Assembly: GCA_965242925.1 (NCBI GenBank)
Contig: CBDEUM010000039.1
Location: 96,001 to 160,000 of the forward strand
Length of the DNA stretch: 64,000 nt
Direction of reading: 5' to 3'
DNA from: Roseibacillus sp.
GTDB lineage: Bacteria; Verrucomicrobiota; Verrucomicrobiia; Verrucomicrobiales; Akkermansiaceae
Notes under the pieces: model-generated
The model's database searches: none
Told to the model about the DNA's origin: nothing
What the model saw: only the letters and a program-made list of their open reading frames with translations
Translations under genes and position numbers: made by a program
Part shown: piece by piece, positions 52,501 to 61,788 of the stretch
Position numbering within the stretch: the stretch's first letter is position 1
Layout: every line of letters begins with the position of its first letter

Positions 52501-54007
52501 CGACGACCGTGATGTCGTCGATCAGGATCTCACCCGCACCAAGCAATCCCAAGTTGAACTCCCTCCATTTCGAGTCAGGTCCGCGGCTCGCCGCAGACCT
52601 GGCACGGTATCTGTAATTCTGCCAACCGCCTTGCTCCCTCTCGTCACTCGCGGCCCAGGATTCCGCCACGCTGTTGTCGGCATCGAGATCCCGCAGCTCA
52701 AGACTCGATCCGCCGCCATCCGCAGTCTCCGGCCAGCGACCACTGTCGAAATACCTCACCTCATCGACTGGATTCCTGCTGCTGTCACGCAGGTGGATTC
52801 GTTCAGAAGAACGGGAAAGGCTGCCTTGAAACTCTCCCAGCAGCCGTGCTCCGGGATAGGCATCCGCGAACTCCACCGCATCTCGCGCAATGCAGGCGTG
52901 CTCCCCGGCCGCAAGACTCACCCCGGCAGGAAAGGTAAAGTTTATCCCGTCACTGAATTTCCAGCCATCAAGAGAAATCGGACCAGCACTTCGATTCGCG
53001 ACCTCGATCCACTGGTTGTCCGAATTCTCGACCGCCCGGGAAGAACTTCGGCCCGCCTGAAGAGCGGGCGGATTGTACATGATCTCACTGATGACCACCT
53101 CGTCGTGAAAGGCAAAGGTGTTGGGCGTCCCGGGCGTTGCCACATCCGGGTAGAGCCAGGCCCCGCCGCGCGCCCCGGCCCGGCCCCGCAGACTCCCCGT
53201 CAATTCGCGCCCATCCAGCACAAGGGATTCGGTGGAGTCGTAAAGGAACAGCTTTTCATGCTCCAGGGGCCGGAATCCCAGCTCCGTTTCCGTCAACACC
53301 AGCCTGGCCCCGGCTGCCAGCGACTGCGCCGGAATCGCATGCCGGCGGAGGGGGTCGGCCCCGGCGGTCAGAATCATGCCTTCCAACTCGGCATCCAAGG
53401 CCCCGACATTCACCAGTTCCACCCAGAACGGATCCTCGCCGGCGGACGGCATTTCATTGATCAGGACCGACGAAGCGGCAGCCGGTGAAGGAAAGTTTTT
53501 CGCCCCGGGAGTTCCCCCCACCTGCGCGGCAGCGGTCCAATTTCCGGGTGGTTTGTTGGCGGTGTAAGGTCGGCGCTTGGCGAGAGTCACGCCCGATCCA
53601 TCGGCCTCTTCCGGCCAGCGGCCATCATCGCCGTAGGTGATCTCATCCATCAGGCGATGGGACTGGTTGATGAGCCGCAATCGCTCCCCCCCGTTTTCGA
53701 GGTTGCCGGTGAAGGGGCCGTGCTGGCCGGCCAGGGGAGCCTTCGCCACTACCAGGTAACCCCCCGGATCGATCACCGTTCCCGGAGGAAAGGTGTAGTC
53801 AATTCCCTCGATGCGCCAGCCGGAGACATCGGTCTTGATGCCCATCTGATTGAAAAACTCGATCCACTCTCCCTCCTCCGACTGACCCACCGGGTTATAG
53901 TGGATCTCATTGAAGACCACTACCGCATCCGGGGAGGCGCGGAGACCCGGTCCGGTCAGAACGACCAGGATAACTCCAAGCAGGACAGGAATCGGCGGGG
54001 GGTTCAT
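49547..54007 (-). CDS. Large secreted lamin-tail-domain / CotH kinase-like protein
   Basis: Signal peptide; four LTD-like starts (VVFNEIHYNP, LINEM, VISEIMYNP, AITEIHYRP); VKLRLKGS, HNGMYY, LPHDMDFAF (CotH-like). Start trimmed to MNPPP. Confidence 0.85.
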   Translation of the reverse strand: MNPPPIPVLLGVILVVLTGPGLRASPDAVVVFNEIHYNPVGQSEEGEWIEFFNQMGIKTDVSGWRIEGIDYTFPPGTVIDPGGYLVVAKAPLAGQHGPFTGNLENGGERLRLINQSHRLMDEITYGDDGRWPEEADGSGVTLAKRRPYTANKPPGNWTAAAQVGGTPGAKNFPSPAAASSVLINEMPSAGEDPFWVELVNVGALDAELEGMILTAGADPLRRHAIPAQSLAAGARLVLTETELGFRPLEHEKLFLYDSTESLVLDGRELTGSLRGRAGARGGAWLYPDVATPGTPNTFAFHDEVVISEIMYNPPALQAGRSSSRAVENSDNQWIEVANRSAGPISLDGWKFSDGINFTFPAGVSLAAGEHACIARDAVEFADAYPGARLLGEFQGSLSRSSERIHLRDSSRNPVDEVRYFDSGRWPETADGGGSSLELRDLDADNSVAESWAASDEREQGGWQNYRYRARSAASRGPDSKWREFNLGLLGAGEILIDDITVVENRSIPKISNTDFSSGATGWRFRGTHRHSTIVEDPDEPGNNVLRVVATGATGHMHNQIETTLLGQVSNGEVYEISFRARWVSGSNQLHSRLYFNRMPQVSFLDRPVHAGTPSAANSRAEVNIGPSIRNFRHSPAVPAPGELVTVTAQATDPDSVAGMTLFYSVNGSANRIVPMSAGADGLYTGTIRRRTAGSVVQFYVQAVDGLGVTSFFPAAGPDSRALYKIDDGLAATNGQHNFRLVVTNAERDFLHVGTEVMSNDRIGATIIDREEDIYYDVKLRLKGSERARFQDNRVGYNMRFGRDQLYRGIHRSVAIDRSEGVGQGQFEILFDFMIANSGGVVSRYYDFVRVLAPKDVHTRSAVLQMARYDEVFLESQFENGADGNLYEYELIYSPNNADASGFKLPNPDGVNGVSVSNLGDSKENYRWFFLKKNNREADDFGPIIAYNKKFSQGGTAFENGLEEVVDIDGWLRGMAYAVLSGAGDNAGANSQHNGMYYAHPDGRVMFLPHDMDFAFSTTRSIFANSECSRLTADPARRRIYLGHLHDIISTTYNRDYMSMWTTHLASFDSSQNWRGHLNYIANRSNNILSQISSGIGPVEFSVTTDSPLTVDAGSASVTGSGWVNVREIRVHGGSSPLSLSWSDTDSWEVALPLLPGRHIYTLDALDFSGNLVGSDSITIDNTSVIPPASDQNLAITEIHYRPGSPTIEEEGLGFEARSRFEFVELMNISSGTIDLTNVRFTEGIRFNFTESLTGTVLAAGERIAIVNDLVAFSHRYPAVPAAAIAGEFTGNLSDAGEALLLVATDETTIRSFTYRDLPPWPAAADGLGPSLVLVHPEGNPDHADPLNWRSSVSAGGNPDASDAIVFAGNVNADRDSNGLPDLIDHVLGNLFLPDEARPSGGIEAGGVGGLTEDYFTFSYRRNLAADDVIDLVEVSEDLENWNSGSEYAVPVATVNLGDGTALVTWRAAQPTHQAPQLYFRLRSRLR

Positions 54008-54215
54008 CGTGAATTGTAAGGAGGCATTCCCTCCCGATTTCAGGACCTGGGAGCGCACAACTCCCTTCCCTTACCCTCCTGCAGAATCCATATTCCGGGA
54101 TTCTCCGCATTCTTGCGCCAAGCGGCGTGCATAACAGCTGAATAGTGCGATCTTGTCCAAACTTTCTATGGGATAAACTATCCAACCATGCCCGCACCTG
54201 GAACAGCGCGGGCTC

Positions 54216-55877
54216 TTACTGGTTCTCAAGGTATCCCCTGGCCATCACTTCGCCCAGCTGCACGATGCCTCCAGTGGTGATGACCAGCATTTTTTCCTGG
54301 GGCGGAAGATTCAAGGCCCTGAGGTGAATGAGGTTCGGATCCCCTGCGGCGACCTCGGCCATGTTGCCGACTACATCAATAGTATTGAGTTTTTCCACAT
54401 CCGTCGGGGGCTGCTGGCTCACAAACCACCTCAAACCAGGTTGCGCCAGATCCTTCCGGCTCTGGTTAACAATGGCCTGCACCCGCGCGGCCGCTTCCCT
54501 GCGGTAGGGGTGGAAGGACATGTCGTTTTCCCCCAGGTGATAAAAGACGCCGGCAATCTCCACCTGCTGCCCCCTGGCAGTCAGTTCCCGGATGGAGTCC
54601 TTCACGAACTGGATGAACTTCGGATAAAGGTGCCGGCTTTTCGCCATGCTGCCTTCCGGGGTCCAGTCGATGATCTGCGAGCCGCTGTGGGTGAACTTGG
54701 CAATAGCGAGGTTGCCCTTGACCCGGCTGCCCAGGGTGTGGCCAAAGCTCAGCTCCGGGCCGAAGGTGTCGTAGTAACCGGTGAGGCCCAGTGCTTCCCA
54801 TCCCCGGGAGCGGTGGTAGCCTCCACCCAGGTCATACTTGTAGGCGATCCTGGCATTATCCTTGAGCAGAGCCCCCTGCCCCTTGAGCTCCTTCAGTTCC
54901 TGCACGAAGGCGCGCTCGCCTTCCATGTTGCGGTGGCCGGCCAGAACAAAGAGTTTCACCGCGCTGCCTTCCCGGTAGGGCCATTTTTTCAAGGACCGTG
55001 GCGGCCTGAGCTTCAGGCCGATCGTGCGCAGGTAGGCAGTGGCATAGTTTTCTCCATGCTGCAGCTGACCCAGGGTGCCGTAGTGATAATGCAGCCCCAC
55101 CGGTCGACCGATCTCCGCCCCCACATGGGAGGTGAGCACGTATTCGGCGCGGGGATCGGCCCCCGTCACCTCGCGCTGACCGAGACTGATAGCATACATG
55201 CGGGGACGCAGGTCCATCCCCCAGATGGTCTTGGTGCAGAGTTCGCCGATGTAGAACTTGAGAGCGGGGGTCTTGAGATCCCGACGCCAGCTGGCCAAGA
55301 AGTTTTTCAGGTTCCTCCCGTAGCCCTTCATGTACTCCTCGTTGAACATGTCGTTCTCGCCCTGGTGCCACATGAAACCTTCGAGGCGGTACTTGATCTT
55401 GCGCTGATCCAGATCCGCCAGGGCTTTGCGGATGGCTTCCAGGGCGAGGGGATACATCTTGAACCCGATGGGCTGGTCAGGGTTCCAGTCTCCTCCCAGG
55501 TGCGTGCCCCCGGCCGCCACCTTGATAATGGCAATGGGTGCCTTGATATGCCGGGTGACCTTGCGAGCGAAGCTAAGCTCCGGACCAACCACGTTATTGA
55601 CGTGCTGCAGGGGCACCCAGCCTTCCGAACGCCTCTTGTTCTCCCGGCCGATGCAGTAGGTGAAGAGCACCTTCTCCTGCGGTCCCTCCAGTCCGCCATA
55701 GGGGGGGAAACGCCTGATGTCCCCTACCTTCGAATCAGAGCCCACCATGTTGGACTGGCCCGCAAAGATGAAGACCCGCAGGGTCTCCTGGTCGTCATTG
55801 GTCTGGGCCACAGCTGGCAGGGTCAGGACCCACAGGAGAATCGCGGCCAGAGCAGGGGCGGAATATTCTTGAATCAT
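54216..55877 (-). CDS. Sialate O-acetylesterase (SASA, SGNH)-like protein with two tandem domains
   Basis: FIFAGQSNMVG, GPELSF, WHQGEND; second copy FVLAGHRNMEG, GPELSF, YHLGEND. Start trimmed to MIQEYS. Confidence 0.85.
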   Translation of the reverse strand: MIQEYSAPALAAILLWVLTLPAVAQTNDDQETLRVFIFAGQSNMVGSDSKVGDIRRFPPYGGLEGPQEKVLFTYCIGRENKRRSEGWVPLQHVNNVVGPELSFARKVTRHIKAPIAIIKVAAGGTHLGGDWNPDQPIGFKMYPLALEAIRKALADLDQRKIKYRLEGFMWHQGENDMFNEEYMKGYGRNLKNFLASWRRDLKTPALKFYIGELCTKTIWGMDLRPRMYAISLGQREVTGADPRAEYVLTSHVGAEIGRPVGLHYHYGTLGQLQHGENYATAYLRTIGLKLRPPRSLKKWPYREGSAVKLFVLAGHRNMEGERAFVQELKELKGQGALLKDNARIAYKYDLGGGYHRSRGWEALGLTGYYDTFGPELSFGHTLGSRVKGNLAIAKFTHSGSQIIDWTPEGSMAKSRHLYPKFIQFVKDSIRELTARGQQVEIAGVFYHLGENDMSFHPYRREAAARVQAIVNQSRKDLAQPGLRWFVSQQPPTDVEKLNTIDVVGNMAEVAAGDPNLIHLRALNLPPQEKMLVITTGGIVQLGEVMARGYLENQ

Positions 55878-55983
55878 GGTCTTGCTACTGCCTTGAACAT
55901 GACGCTTCCAGTTCCATTCCTTCAAGCGTTTTTGCGTTGATGCCAACGTTGGCTTTGGCCGGATTGTGTTTCCGGAGCATGGA

Positions 55984-57138
55984 TCAACCGGCCCAGTCCA
56001 ATCCCTCCCCCACCGGAGAAAGAACCTCGTGGCCGGTCGGGGTGACCAGAACCATGTCTTCGACTCTGACTCCGCCGAGGGTCGCCGAATACAATCCGGG
56101 CTCCACCGTGAACACCTCGCCAGCCAGAATACCACCCCCACCGTGGTCGAGAAGGATGGGCTCATGAACCTCCAGCCCGATCCCGTGACCGGTTCCGTGC
56201 CGCATGGAAGGGGTTTCGCATTCATTCCGTGCATCGCCGCGCACCAGAGAATAGCCATGTTCTTCAATCACGGCGGTGGTTGCCCGATGGACGGCCTCGC
56301 CGGTCGTTCCCGGCTTGAGCGCGACACACCCGGCCGCTTTCGCCTCGCAGACGGCGACGTGCATTCGCCGGAGTTCCTCGGACGGCGTCCCACAGACGAC
56401 GGTTCGGGTCATGTCGCCATGGTAGCGCGTGGCGTTGTCCATCGGAAAGATGTCGATGATCACCGGGAGGTCCACCTTCAGCGGGCCCGCCCCGAAATGG
56501 TGGCAGTCGGCAACGTGGGGAACAGTCACCACGATCGAATCGTGGGCGTTCGAAAAATTGCGGTCGATCAGGAAGGCCGTGATCATCGCGCGGACCCGTT
56601 CGGAACTCAGAACCGCACCGTCGTGATGGAGTTCTCCATGCCGGTCCGGCGTGGCGTTTGAGATCAAACGACAGGCGTAGGTCATCGCGTCGCCGGTGAT
56701 CTTCTGCGCGTGGCGCAAATGCTCGATCTCCCCGGGACGCTTGATACGACGCTCTTCAAACCCGAGGTTTTCCGAGTATTCGATCCCGAGGCCAGCCTGC
56801 AGGATGAAATGGGCATACAGGTAGGGTAAGGTCCGATCAACCGTAACCGAATGTTCCCCGGCACGCCGGAGGCATTCCGCTGCGGCCTGGGCCAGAGCCG
56901 TATCCCGGTCTCCCGAGAGTCCGCCTTCCGGTTCGAAGTCTGCCGCACAACAGATCCGGTCGGCCCGGACTTCCTTTCGCGCCCGATCCATTTCGATATC
57001 ACGGACGATGAAGATCGATGTTCCGTCCGCGAAATCCACGATCACTGCCGCATCCGGCGCCAGAAAGCGAATCCGGTGATAAAGGGTGGCGTTGTTCGCG
57101 GCGATCCCCGCGAGAACCGTGGTGGCATGGGAGACCAT
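55984..57138 (-). CDS. Xaa-Pro peptidase (M24B family)
   Basis: IIDIFP, YHGDMTRT, HGTGHGIGLEVHEP, TVEPGLY, GVRVED. Confidence 0.92.
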   Translation of the reverse strand: MVSHATTVLAGIAANNATLYHRIRFLAPDAAVIVDFADGTSIFIVRDIEMDRARKEVRADRICCAADFEPEGGLSGDRDTALAQAAAECLRRAGEHSVTVDRTLPYLYAHFILQAGLGIEYSENLGFEERRIKRPGEIEHLRHAQKITGDAMTYACRLISNATPDRHGELHHDGAVLSSERVRAMITAFLIDRNFSNAHDSIVVTVPHVADCHHFGAGPLKVDLPVIIDIFPMDNATRYHGDMTRTVVCGTPSEELRRMHVAVCEAKAAGCVALKPGTTGEAVHRATTAVIEEHGYSLVRGDARNECETPSMRHGTGHGIGLEVHEPILLDHGGGGILAGEVFTVEPGLYSATLGGVRVEDMVLVTPTGHEVLSPVGEGLDWAG

Positions 57139-57312
57139 GCAGCGAGGGAAGCAGGTAATCAATTGTCTGGAAACTGCATTTGCTCACCTCCGCAAATCAA
57201 CCAGTCTCCCATCGTTGCAGGAGTGGCATTCTTCCGCCCCGGCAGCATCCGGGAAAAAACGGGCCCAGTTGCTTGTTGTGAACCCGCTCGCTTCCCGCTA
57301 ACGAAGGGGTCC

Positions 57313-58650
57313 GTGGACAGGAACTTCCGCTCCCCGCTCACCCGCTACCTCGACCGGTCCCCGGACCTGGTCTTCTCCCTCTATGCCGTCGCGGCCGCCT
57401 TCACGGCCTACTTCTGCATGTACGCCTTCCGCAAGCCGTTTCTCGCCACGTCCTACGAGGACACCGAGCTCACAATCCGTCTCCTCGGCAAGTCCCTCGA
57501 CCCCAAGACCATCTTCGCGATCTCCCAGATCATCGGCTACACTACCTCCAAGTACCTCGGCATGAAATTCTGTTCCGAGGCCCACCGGGACAGACTGTGG
57601 CTCTACCTCATCCTCCTCATCATGATGGCCTGGATGACCCTCCTTCTCTTCGCGGTCCTCCCTCCCTATCTTAAGATCCTGGCCATCTTCTGCAACGGCC
57701 TTCCCCTCGGCATGGTCTGGGGTGTGGTGGTGCGCTACCTGGAAGGCCGCCACACCTCCGAGCTTCTGCTCGCCGGTCTCTCCTGCTCCTACATCCTCGC
57801 CAGCGGTGAGGTCAAAAGCGTGGGGGCCTGGCTGATGAAGGACCTCGGGGTGCACGAATTCTGGATGCCCTTCGCCACCGGGGCGATTTTCCTCCTTCCC
57901 TTTTTCCTGGCCGTCTTCCTCCTCTCCCGGCTCCCACCCCCCACCGAGGACGACATCCGCCTGCGCTCGGAACGCAACACCATGGGACGCAGTGAACGAT
58001 GGAAATTCCTCAAGACCTTCCTCCCGGGCATGATCCTGCTGTGCCTCGCCTATTTCTTTCTCACCGCCTACCGCGACTTCCGGGACATCTACCAGAATGA
58101 ACTGTTTGTCGAGATGGGCATCACCGACTCCTCGGCCTTTTCCCGGACCGAACGCCCGATTGCGTTCGGGGTCATGGCCTCCCTCGTAGTCCTCTATTTT
58201 ATCCGCAACAACCGCCTCGGCCTGATCGGGGCCTATGTCATCATGCTCGCCGGCCTCACCCTCATGGGAGGATCGACCCTCCTCTTCCAGGCGGGACAGA
58301 TCGGGGGCGAAACCTGGATGATCCTTTCCGGCCTCGGGGCCTACCTCGCTTACGTCCCCTACGGCAGCGTTCTCTTCGACCGCACCATTGCCTATACCCA
58401 TTTCGCGGGCACCGCGGTCTTTGCCATCTATCTCACCGATGCCATCGGCTACACCGGTTCGGTGGGCATCCAGCTCTTCAAGGACCTTTTCCAGGCCGAG
58501 TCCTCCCGCCTCGACTTCATGCTCGGGTTCACCAACTTCATGGCCATCCTTGGCTTCGTCCTCCTGCTCTTATCCCTGCTCTATTTCCTGCGGGTCAAGC
58601 CAGCTTCCGCCTCGCCAGAGGCGTCCCCGGATCCGGATTCCTCCGCCTGA
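57313..58650 (+). CDS. DUF5690-like MFS-type membrane transporter
   Basis: YFCMYAFRKPF, SQIIGY..SK..G.K, NGLPLGMVWG...YLEGR, RDFRD, Y..DAIGY.GS; about 11-12 TM. GTG start preceded by GAAGGGG. Confidence 0.78.
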   Translation: MDRNFRSPLTRYLDRSPDLVFSLYAVAAAFTAYFCMYAFRKPFLATSYEDTELTIRLLGKSLDPKTIFAISQIIGYTTSKYLGMKFCSEAHRDRLWLYLILLIMMAWMTLLLFAVLPPYLKILAIFCNGLPLGMVWGVVVRYLEGRHTSELLLAGLSCSYILASGEVKSVGAWLMKDLGVHEFWMPFATGAIFLLPFFLAVFLLSRLPPPTEDDIRLRSERNTMGRSERWKFLKTFLPGMILLCLAYFFLTAYRDFRDIYQNELFVEMGITDSSAFSRTERPIAFGVMASLVVLYFIRNNRLGLIGAYVIMLAGLTLMGGSTLLFQAGQIGGETWMILSGLGAYLAYVPYGSVLFDRTIAYTHFAGTAVFAIYLTDAIGYTGSVGIQLFKDLFQAESSRLDFMLGFTNFMAILGFVLLLLSLLYFLRVKPASASPEASPDPDSSA

Positions 58651-58673
58651 TCCTACGGGTCCGGTCCGCCGGA

Positions 58674-59738
58674 TCAATCGTCCTCCCGGGGACGGACCGC
58701 CACCCGGAAGTGCTCTCCCGGTAGCGCGCTCTCAACAGCATCGTCAATCCGGGCCAGAGGGTAGCTGGCTCCCACCAACGCTCGAAAGGGAAACTGTTCA
58801 TGGGCCTTCGCCAGGAACGCAAAGGCCTCCACCAGGTCCGCTGGCGTGTAATTATGGACCCCTTCAATCCGCAGGAGTCGGCGTACCAGTTCATCGGCCT
58901 GCACCGAGAGCGCCCGGGTCGGGAACACCGACCCAACGAGGATAACACGCCCTCCGATCCTGACCTGGCTCACGGCCTCCTCAACGGCCTCCGGAGCCCC
59001 CGAGAGATCCATGACGAGATCGGCCCCGCGGCCCTCGGTCAACCCAGGCAGATCAGCGGCGGTCACCGGGTCAGCCCCGAACTGCTCCGCCTGTCGCCGG
59101 CGGTCCTCGCGGGGATCGCTCACGATCACATGGCGTGCGCCCCGGACCCTCGCCATCGCGGCGGCGGTCAGCCCCAGCATCCCGGCCCCGTGAATCAAAA
59201 CCGTCTGATCACCACACGGACCTGCCGCCCGGAAGGCGGCCGCCACCGTCGCGGTCGCACAGTTGGCCGGACTGGCGACCTCATCCGGTAGCCCGGTCGG
59301 GATCTTCACGATGCTTGTTCCCTGTGCCAGGAGGCAATGGGTCGCCAGGCCCCCGCTGAGAGGATGCCTATCGCTGAGTTGCTGGTGGCCGTACTTGAAC
59401 AGGGCCTCACATTTCTGTGGCAACCCCTCGCGGCAGAAGAAACAGGTCCCACAGGACGCCGCCAGGGACCAGCTCACCCGGTCTCCCACCTCCAGCGAAA
59501 CTCCCGCCTCATCGTGCAGGTCACCGCCCAGGGAACTGATCCACCCCACCATTTCGTGGCCAAGGATGGAGGGCGTTTCAACCGGTCGGTCACCCCGGAT
59601 GGAATGCAGGTCACTCCCACAGAGCGTGCAACACGAAATCTCCACCACGGCCTGCCCTTCCCCAGGGCACGGATCCTGAAAGGATCTCAGGCTCAATGGC
59701 TGGCCCGGACCCTCGAAAACGGCCGCTAGGGGAGGCAT
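58674..59738 (-). CDS. Zn-dependent alcohol dehydrogenase, resembling the phosphonate-catabolism-associated (HpnZ-type) subfamily
   Basis: CGSDLH, GHE, CGTCFFC..GLPQKC..LFKYGH, LSGGLATHC, CATATV, GAGMLG, GVHNY. Confidence 0.8.
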   Translation of the reverse strand: MPPLAAVFEGPGQPLSLRSFQDPCPGEGQAVVEISCCTLCGSDLHSIRGDRPVETPSILGHEMVGWISSLGGDLHDEAGVSLEVGDRVSWSLAASCGTCFFCREGLPQKCEALFKYGHQQLSDRHPLSGGLATHCLLAQGTSIVKIPTGLPDEVASPANCATATVAAAFRAAGPCGDQTVLIHGAGMLGLTAAAMARVRGARHVIVSDPREDRRRQAEQFGADPVTAADLPGLTEGRGADLVMDLSGAPEAVEEAVSQVRIGGRVILVGSVFPTRALSVQADELVRRLLRIEGVHNYTPADLVEAFAFLAKAHEQFPFRALVGASYPLARIDDAVESALPGEHFRVAVRPREDD

Positions 59739-60051
59739 GGCAACGTGACGGATTCAAATCGGCGCCCAACTCGACAATCCCGTCGAAACGGGCACCACAG
59801 CACTTTGAGAACTGGTCAGATTGGATACCAGCTCAGCAGGCGAAACCGAACTTATTCTGCCGCGATCTCGAATGCACGGCAAGCGGGGGAGAAGAGAGTC
59901 ATTCCATCATGACGATCAATCGCACCAGGGCGCCGCGGGGCGGCGCGGAGGAGTTTCAGAAAGCCCGGGCTGAAAAAGGGATTTCTGGTAGTAACTTTTG
60001 TCTGTTGCTCCTTCTCAGACTAAATCAAAGTGCCCTTAATCCACAAAATCC

Positions 60052-61623
60052 ATGAACACTCCCCGAGCGAAAATCCTGCCCCTCTCACACAGTTCCCTTT
60101 GCATTGCCTCTGCCTTTCTCCTGGCCTTGACCTCCGTCGTAACGGTCCCGGCACAGGGAGAACCACCCAGCATCGAAGCGGTATTCACTTCTTCCAAGCC
60201 GATTCTGGACGCCAGGATCGACCCCGGGGAGTGGGATTCCGCCGAGCCATCCATCATCGAGCACCTCCTGCGTGCACCCGAAGGATCCAAGCCAGCACCG
60301 CACTATCAGTTCCGCCTCCTATGGGACGCTGAGGCTCTCTATGTCCTCTTCGAAACCAACCTCACCAACTGGCCGGGGGGCACCAGTGGATTCGGTGGCA
60401 ACAACAACCTCAATTTCTACATCGATCCAGATAATGACGACGAACCGAACGGCAACGGCGGAAACTTGTTCGATGGCTACCATCCCGTCATCTACCCGGA
60501 CATCGGAAAGACGAGCCGCTTCGATCGATCATTTGACCCCGGATTCCGATCGGCATTTCACGAAGCGAGCATCAACGCCAATTTCGGCGGGAGCAACTGG
60601 CCGGCGGGTTCGTCCCAGGAGGAGGGGGTGGCCATCGACTATGTCTCCGAAGTCGGCGCCAACGGCGGAGTCATCGAACTTTGTTTCCCGTGGGCGATTT
60701 TTGATTCCGAAGCCGGAACCGACATGGAGATCTACCACCCAGACCCCCCTGAAGTGGGTGACAGCTGGTTCCTGAATATCTGCATGATCAGTGCCCTGGG
60801 CGACCTCCCGACCTGGAGTTGGAATACGGGCCAGTTCTTTGCGGAGCGCCCCCACGGGGTGATCACCTTCGTCGCAGATCCAGTGCGCGCACCGCTCTTC
60901 GTCTCCCACGACGCCGTGGCAGACACGGTTACCCTCAGCTGGGACAGTCAACCGTTCAAGCTCTACAACCTGCGCAGCGAGACCGACCCCGCTGTGGGCC
61001 TGCCCGTGAGCTGGCCCATCTTCGGCGGTCACGAGAACGTCGTCGCCACTCCCCCCAGGAACAGCGTGACCTTCCCCCTGGACGGGGAGCCAACCCGGTT
61101 GTTCGCGGTGGAAGAGTTTCCCGCTCCACCCGAAATCATTTTCTCCGCCGACTTTGAAGACGGCGGAACGGGGTGGCAAACCGACTCCACTGGTGAAGCC
61201 GGCACCGTCTGGGAGATTGGAACCTCGACCCTCTACGAGGCGCACGGGGGACTGAACTTCGCGGGAACAAATCTGAATGGAGAATTCGAAATGGATGCCA
61301 ACGTCGTCCTGCGTTCGCCGGCCATTGATCTCTCCCAGGTCCCCCCGGAGATCGGTGCCACCCTGCAGTATCACCAGATCGTAGACACCGATGGAATCGG
61401 CGACTTCGGCACCGTGACGATTCTCGACGCAACAGACGACACGATCCTGGCCGTCCTGGATGACTTCGTGAGTGACTTCGACCTCAGCTGGAAGTCAGAG
61501 AGCTACAGTCTGCCAGTGGAAGCGCTCGGGAAGACCGTGGTGATCGAGTTCCGCTTCCAGTCCGACAATATCGAGACCTTTACGGGATGGTATATCGACG
61601 AGGTGGAGTTGACCATGCCGTAG
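60052..61623 (+). CDS. Secreted protein with CBM9/DOMON-like N-terminal domain and MAM/immune-inhibitor-like C-terminal beta-sandwich
   Basis: Signal peptide; PILDARIDPGEW, LLWDAEALYV, IEL.FPW; FSADFEDG..GW, LRSPAIDL, FRFQSD..GWYIDEV. Confidence 0.6.
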   Translation: MNTPRAKILPLSHSSLCIASAFLLALTSVVTVPAQGEPPSIEAVFTSSKPILDARIDPGEWDSAEPSIIEHLLRAPEGSKPAPHYQFRLLWDAEALYVLFETNLTNWPGGTSGFGGNNNLNFYIDPDNDDEPNGNGGNLFDGYHPVIYPDIGKTSRFDRSFDPGFRSAFHEASINANFGGSNWPAGSSQEEGVAIDYVSEVGANGGVIELCFPWAIFDSEAGTDMEIYHPDPPEVGDSWFLNICMISALGDLPTWSWNTGQFFAERPHGVITFVADPVRAPLFVSHDAVADTVTLSWDSQPFKLYNLRSETDPAVGLPVSWPIFGGHENVVATPPRNSVTFPLDGEPTRLFAVEEFPAPPEIIFSADFEDGGTGWQTDSTGEAGTVWEIGTSTLYEAHGGLNFAGTNLNGEFEMDANVVLRSPAIDLSQVPPEIGATLQYHQIVDTDGIGDFGTVTILDATDDTILAVLDDFVSDFDLSWKSESYSLPVEALGKTVVIEFRFQSDNIETFTGWYIDEVELTMP

Positions 61624-61788
61624 CAGCTATCCTGCTCGCCGATTGGACAAACAGGATCCACAGGGCGCACCCCCTCACAGGCCTCCGGGTAGTCGACTGG
61701 AAAAAGGAACTGCCCGGCAGTTACTTCAATAGGGAAAACATGCTCCCGCCGGTGGTTGCATCCGGGTGCACCGCCGCCAGGAAGCGGA

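Noticed and set aside
55878..56267. N-terminal extension of the SASA ORF overlapping the peptidase
   Set aside because: Overlaps the M24 peptidase in another frame; the real start with signal peptide is at about 55877.
56851..57312. N-terminal extension of the DUF5690-like ORF
   Set aside because: Antisense to the peptidase start and intergenic DNA; GTG at 57313 has an RBS-like GAAGGGG.
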